Source of the DNA: an archaeon
GTDB taxonomy: Archaea; Nanobdellota; Nanobdellia; Woesearchaeales; UBA9642
DNA: 64,000 nt
Direction of reading: 5' to 3'
NCBI GenBank assembly: GCA_043806035.1
Contig: JAZDHK010000033.1
Coordinates: forward strand, 1-64,000
Positions within the stretch are counted from its first letter, which is position 1, and each line of letters opens with the position of its first letter. Under the pieces are notes generated by a model. It searched no databases, was not told the DNA's origin, and saw only the letters and a program-made list of their open reading frames with translations. The translations under genes were made by a program, and so were the position numbers. Shown here piece by piece: positions 59,863 to 64,000 of this stretch.

Positions 59863-60258
59863 CTAACGATAACTCTTCTGGGTCTTTGCCCGGGCACGTC
59901 CGTGGCTGTTTGGTTTGTGTGTTTCCTTGCGTCGGACGTCGGCGACCAGTAGTTGTCTGTCGTATTCCAAAAATGTTTCTTTGAGTTTGCTGTTGTTCTC
60001 TACGAGTGCTCGTGCGATGGCGAGGCGTACTGCCTCTGCCTGTGAATTGTAACCGCCGCCGGTGACGTTGACGTCGATGTTCAGCTTGCTTGCCACGTCC
60101 TTGGCGAGCATGAGCGGTTCCATGATTTTTAGTTGAGACAGTGCGGGCGTGAGGTGTTCGAGGAGATTGTTGTTGATGCGTACCTTGCCCGTTCCCGGAT
60201 ATGCGGTCGCTCGTGCAATGGCTCGCTTTCTTTTTCCTGAAGTGATGATGACTTTCAT
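59863..60258 (-). CDS. rps9: 30S ribosomal protein uS9
   Basis: GKRKRAIARA, GGG..SQAEA, ARAKTQKSYR. Confidence 0.97.
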   Translation of the reverse strand: MKVIITSGKRKRAIARATAYPGTGKVRINNNLLEHLTPALSQLKIMEPLMLAKDVASKLNIDVNVTGGGYNSQAEAVRLAIARALVENNSKLKETFLEYDRQLLVADVRRKETHKPNSHGRARAKTQKSYR

Positions 60259-60680
60259 GCTTTTCCACCCATGTGCTGTGCAATCTCCCCTAAGGTGACG
60301 TACTTGGTCTTTTTGACTTTGTTCACATCGCTGCCGGGCACCTTCACGGCATCTTTAGTGTCGGTATTTGCGGGAATGGTCACGTAGCATTTGATTCTGC
60401 GTAGGGCTGCATACCCTTTCGGCTGGTGATGAGGAAGCATGCCTCGAATAATGCGTTTCATCAACCTGTCGGGGCTTCTGATGAAGAACGGGCCTTTGCG
60501 TATCTGACCCATGCTTGCCTTGCGCTCGTACGCTGCGAAGATGTTCTCTTTCGTTCCCGTGATGACTGCAGCCTTGCAGTTGATGACGGCAATGGTTTCT
60601 CCGAGCAGTGCCTGCTTTGCTGCAAAGCCAGCCACCCTGCCTACAATTGCGTGTTGTGCGTCGATAATCATGGTGTTCAT
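60255..60680 (-). CDS. rpl13: 50S ribosomal protein uL13
   Basis: IDA...VGR.A..AK..L.GE, KGP, IRGMLP. Confidence 0.96.
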   Translation of the reverse strand: MNTMIIDAQHAIVGRVAGFAAKQALLGETIAVINCKAAVITGTKENIFAAYERKASMGQIRKGPFFIRSPDRLMKRIIRGMLPHHQPKGYAALRRIKCYVTIPANTDTKDAVKVPGSDVNKVKKTKYVTLGEIAQHMGGKA

Positions 60681-61024
60681 CCGATGATGCGTATTTTTTT
60701 TCCGTCAGGGCTCTTCTTCATGAGTTCGCTGATCGTTATTGCTTTTCCTTTCTCATTGATCTTTTTCTCTGCAGTCTCCGAGAAGCTAAGTGCGGCGATG
60801 GTGACGGCATGGTCGAGGTCACCGCTGCTCAAGACTTTGCCAGGGACAACGACTGTCTCTTCGGGCGCGCTGTGGACGTTGATCCGCGAGAGGTTGACGA
60901 CGCAGCGTTGGCGCGTTGGCTTCTCGAGATCAGTAGCTAGACGCTTCCACAAGTCTGCTTTTTGCTCTATCGCAAGCACTTTTAAGCCCGTGATGAGTTC
61001 CGTCAGTTGGTTGTTGTCTTTCAT
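60677..61024 (-). CDS. rpl18e: 50S ribosomal protein eL18
   Basis: VNLSRI, VVPGKVL.SG, FS.TA.KI. Confidence 0.96.
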   Translation of the reverse strand: MKDNNQLTELITGLKVLAIEQKADLWKRLATDLEKPTRQRCVVNLSRINVHSAPEETVVVPGKVLSSGDLDHAVTIAALSFSETAEKKINEKGKAITISELMKKSPDGKKIRIIG

Positions 61025-61031
61025 GTTCTAT

Positions 61032-61117
61032 TGCGGGGGACGGGATTCGAACCCGCGCAGCCACTAAGGCATACGGCCCTCAACCGTACTCTTTTGACCA
61101 GACTCGGACACCCCCGC
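61032..61117 (-). tRNA. tRNA-Leu(GAG), no encoded CCA
   Basis: GCGGGGG/CCCCCGC-like acceptor stem; TACGG-TTGAGGG-CCGTA anticodon arm; long variable arm; GGTTCGAATCC. Confidence 0.95.
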
Positions 61118-61123
61118 AGGGTA

Positions 61124-61741
61124 TCATTCCTTATCAAGGTCTTTACTGAGCTCTATGACTGTGTCGAGCTGCTCGTCGAACATCTTGAGTGCTGCGAGCA
61201 GGATGTCTTTCGCGGGAAGCTGTCCCCATGATTCGAGGGTGAACGTGTACGTGGTGCCTTGCTGCGTGTACCAGGCAAGTCCAGAGTCCCATTTTGCGTG
61301 TGTTTTTCCCTTGCCGAGAATGGCAATGGCTTCGAACTGCAGTTCTTGATCATCAAGGAGTTTAACAATTGGCGTTTTTGGATAAACGGGCTTGATTGCA
61401 GGATCCTTGCTCTTCAGATCCTTCGCATACACCGTCCCCGGTCCTTTTGCTGAAAGCACGAACTTGACCATGGCGTTGTTGACGAACTCATCCCCTTTAT
61501 GATCAACGGGAAGCAATTGGTAGCCTTTCAAGTCAGTAGTGAGTGCGAGCAGGCCGACACGATGTGCAATAATCTCATCATACAGGATGCTGCTGTTCTT
61601 TTTCATCTCAACATCATCTATAGCCATGACAGGAACTTCCTTCGTCGCGAGACGTCTCAGCGCATTCATGTATGATGGGGTGGCATCAGTAATGGTGAAC
61701 GTTATTTTTTCAGGAGTCCCTTTCACAAGTTCTGCTTTCAT
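61124..61741 (-). CDS. rpoD: RNA polymerase subunit Rpo3 (D)
   Basis: NALRR...EVP.MAI, N.S.LYDE..AHR.GL, GKGK.HAKW, ESWGQL. Confidence 0.96.
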   Translation of the reverse strand: MKAELVKGTPEKITFTITDATPSYMNALRRLATKEVPVMAIDDVEMKKNSSILYDEIIAHRVGLLALTTDLKGYQLLPVDHKGDEFVNNAMVKFVLSAKGPGTVYAKDLKSKDPAIKPVYPKTPIVKLLDDQELQFEAIAILGKGKTHAKWDSGLAWYTQQGTTYTFTLESWGQLPAKDILLAALKMFDEQLDTVIELSKDLDKE

Positions 61742-62157
61742 ACGCGTCTGCCCCGTTTTCCTTTGCTTTTTCTGCACGTATCGTGCGGTGCAGGAGTCAC
61801 TTCTTCAATACTACCTATACGCAAACCCATCCTGGAAAGGCTCCTGACCGCTGCCTGCGCTCCAGGACCAGGATTGTGCGGGCCGTTCTGACCACCTGGC
61901 GCTTTGATCTTGACGTGGATACCCATGATGCCTTTTTCCAGAGCAATTTCGCCAGCCTTCTTTGCTGCATTCATGGCGGCGACAGGAGAACTCTCAAGCC
62001 TGTCCGCCTTGACAACTTGCCCGCCGCTCGTCCGCGCTATGCTCTCCGTCCCAGTTATATCTGTGATGTGGATGATGGTGTTATTGTAACTTGAGTAAAT
62101 ATGGCATATGCCCCACCTGCCGCCTTCTGCCCTTTGGAACGACTGTTGCGGCCTCAT
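61738..62157 (-). CDS. rps11: 30S ribosomal protein uS11
   Basis: [29 protein letters not shown]. Confidence 0.97.
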   Translation of the reverse strand: MRPQQSFQRAEGGRWGICHIYSSYNNTIIHITDITGTESIARTSGGQVVKADRLESSPVAAMNAAKKAGEIALEKGIMGIHVKIKAPGGQNGPHNPGPGAQAAVRSLSRMGLRIGSIEEVTPAPHDTCRKSKGKRGRRV

Positions 62158-62774
62158 GTTCTTCTCCTCCTCTTGCCTGGCCGTTTCTTTGGCATGCTCT
62201 CTTCCTTCTTTTTTGCCACTTGTTCCTGGGCTTCCAACGTGTTCTTCTGCACGAGTTCTGACTTGTTGGAGCGTTCAGGGTGGTCTTCGCGAGTGAACGG
62301 GCTCGTGGTCATGAATTGCAGGGAATGCTCTTCGTCTGTCCTGACGAGATAACTTGGCGAGGTTGTCTTGTTGCCATTGATGAGGATGTGGCCGTGCGTG
62401 ATGAACTGCCGTGCTTGTTTCATGCTCCTCGCGAGTCCTTTTCTGAAGACGAGGGTTTGCAGTCTGCGTTCCATGACGTCCTTGAGTGCGATGCCCAATG
62501 CGTCATCGACTTCTTGTTCTTGCTGCAATAATCCTAGAGAAACGAGTTTTTGCTTGAGTTGCGCAGTTTCTTTTTCTGCCTGGCTGCCCGTTAGTGGCGT
62601 GAGTTTCTTGACCTGGTCCTTGATTCGTTTGAGGATGGTGGCCATCTTGTAGAGTTCTGTCTTGTTAACCGTTCCATAGGTGCGTGCAATACTCCTTTCT
62701 TCCTCGATGCGCGCCTTGTTCCACGGGTGCATCGGTGTTTCGTACTTCTTCTTTGGTTTTTTTGCATGACCCAT
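62154..62774 (-). CDS. rps4: 30S ribosomal protein uS4
   Basis: [23 protein letters not shown]. Confidence 0.97.
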   Translation of the reverse strand: MGHAKKPKKKYETPMHPWNKARIEEERSIARTYGTVNKTELYKMATILKRIKDQVKKLTPLTGSQAEKETAQLKQKLVSLGLLQQEQEVDDALGIALKDVMERRLQTLVFRKGLARSMKQARQFITHGHILINGNKTTSPSYLVRTDEEHSLQFMTTSPFTREDHPERSNKSELVQKNTLEAQEQVAKKKEESMPKKRPGKRRRRT

Positions 62775-62776
62775 GA

Positions 62777-63271
62777 TTACTTACGCTCCATGCCTCTCCT
62801 TTTGCCGCCTATGCCTTGCACTTTTCCTTTGTTTCTTCTGAAATTGGATTTTGTCCTCTGACCCCGGACAGGCAGTCCCCACTGGTGCCTGAGTCCTTTG
62901 TATGATTTTATCTTCTTCATGCGTTTCATATCATTGTCCTTGGTAAAATCAAGGTCTGCAGTGATAAGGTGCATGTTTTCTCCTGTTTCGTAGTCCATGC
63001 GCCTGTTGAGCATCCATGTGGGTATGCCGTTTTGCAATGGCTTTTTGATGATGGTTTCTAGTTTGTCCACATCTTCCTGCGTGAGCGTTCCTGTCTTTTT
63101 CGTCTTGGAAATGCCCGAGATGGTGCAGATTGCATTGGCGTACATGACGCTGATGCCTTTAATCTTCTGCAAGGCTTGCAGTAGCGGCTTTTCACCTATA
63201 AGATCGGTATTCACGACTCTGACAAGGTGCCGCACTTCTTGCTTTACGTCCTGTTTTGCTTCTGGTGCCAT
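62777..63271 (-). CDS. rps13: 30S ribosomal protein uS13
   Basis: P.WMLNRR.D..TG, YKGLRH..GLPVRGQRTK. Confidence 0.97.
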   Translation of the reverse strand: MAPEAKQDVKQEVRHLVRVVNTDLIGEKPLLQALQKIKGISVMYANAICTISGISKTKKTGTLTQEDVDKLETIIKKPLQNGIPTWMLNRRMDYETGENMHLITADLDFTKDNDMKRMKKIKSYKGLRHQWGLPVRGQRTKSNFRRNKGKVQGIGGKRRGMERK

Positions 63272-63346
63272 GGTAATATCGCTCGAGAATCACACAGCCC
63301 TATACTACGCGTGAACTCGGGCTTTTTTGGAAAGAATGCCGAACCA

Positions 63347-63354
63347 TTTATAAA
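63347..63354. promoter_or_regulatory. Palindromic TATA box (TTTATAAA) between divergent rps13 operon and ksgA
   Basis: Self-complementary TATA ~24 nt from the ksgA ATG and ~24 nt from the rps13 leader hairpin. Confidence 0.6.
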
Positions 63355-63377
63355 GCTTCTGGTCGCTCTTTTATGGC

Positions 63378-64000
63378 ATGGTTGTGGAAAAGACGGAAGA
63401 GACACCACCTTTACGCGAATGTGTAGAGATGGACCAGCACTTCATGCGCGACAAAGAACTGCTCAAACGCATTGCAAGTGCCGTTGCCATTTCAGGGAAG
63501 GACGTCATAGAAGTTGGTTTCGGACACGGTGAGCTCACTGGGGAATTGCTAAAAAAAAAGCCAGCGAGACTGCTTGCCATAGAAAAAGAGCAGTCGTTCA
63601 AACTCACTTCTGCCGTCTCTGATAATCCTTTGCTGGTAGTGCAGTATGGCAATGCCTTGCAAGTACTTAAAACAATGCATGCAGACGTACTCATCGGAAA
63701 CATCCCGTACGGCATCAGCGAGCCGTTGCTCAAAGTGTGCATCAAGCATCCATTCCCCGGCATTGTGCTCGTCACCAGTCATGCATTCGCAGAAGGGCTC
63801 GTGCACGGATCTTCCAAGACTGCATTGCTCGCCCGTGCCGTGTATGCGTGCGAAATAGCGTTCACCATTTCTCCTGATGCGTTCTATCCTCGACCTCACA
63901 CGAGGTCTGCATTGCTGGTCTTGCATAAGAAGAATGAGCAAATGAAACTGGATGTGGTGCTTGAGCGTATGGCCTGTCGTGATGCCAAGAAAATACTGCC
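63378..64000 (+). CDS. ksgA: 16S rRNA dimethyladenosine transferase KsgA/RsmA (partial, runs off the window)
   Basis: DQHFM, VIEVGFGHGELT, AIEK, GNAL, GNIPY.IS, FYP.P; open to the window end, so absent from the ORF track. Confidence 0.9.
   Translation, partial: MVVEKTEETPPLRECVEMDQHFMRDKELLKRIASAVAISGKDVIEVGFGHGELTGELLKKKPARLLAIEKEQSFKLTSAVSDNPLLVVQYGNALQVLKTMHADVLIGNIPYGISEPLLKVCIKHPFPGIVLVTSHAFAEGLVHGSSKTALLARAVYACEIAFTISPDAFYPRPHTRSALLVLHKKNEQMKLDVVLERMACRDAKKIL

Noticed and set aside
59654-60283. 209-aa N-terminally extended RpoN
   Set aside because: The extension overlaps rps9 in another frame; the true start is ATG 59851 with a GAGGTGA SD
63551-63559. A9 run in ksgA as a slippage or phase-variation site
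   Set aside because: The frame stays open (LKKK) and motifs on both sides are in frame
1-64000. CRISPR array, cas genes, or DGR (RT + TR/VR) diversifying the surface proteins
   Set aside because: No regularly spaced nucleotide repeats, no reverse transcriptase and no near-identical repeat pair differing at adenines were seen by eye; a trans-acting DGR cannot be excluded

Overview
Archaeal genomic DNA, most likely DPANN (Woesearchaeota-like), inferred from a fused PriS-PriL primase, an N-terminally extended uS14 and many leaderless TATA promoters. Housekeeping blocks: TrmB, TraB, M50-like, Hef, toprim and primase (1-8.5 kb); the S10/spc ribosomal-protein superoperon with secY, DUF106, L34e and L14e (8.7-23.1 kb); and, at the right end, PNP, polyprenyl synthase, NUDIX, SRP RNA, the S13-S4-S11-rpoD-tRNALeu-L18e-L13-S9-rpoN operon and a partial ksgA. 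Between them is a ~33 kb cell-surface island (23.1-56.5 kb). It holds a 1007-aa pilin-headed Cys-rich protein coupled to rpl14e, a 5299-aa secreted giant with four ~715-aa super-repeats and no membrane anchor, and a 1038-aa membrane-anchored partner. A short decay scar (IS end, M50 pseudogene) follows, then ~15 co-oriented genes, most with class III (type IV pilin-like) leaders, including micro-pilins, pilin/beta-defensin-like fusions and a member with a Gly-zipper hydrophobic hairpin. This island is the best candidate for an undescribed system, a putative host-attachment/contact apparatus. All family calls come from motif recognition by eye; no searches were run.
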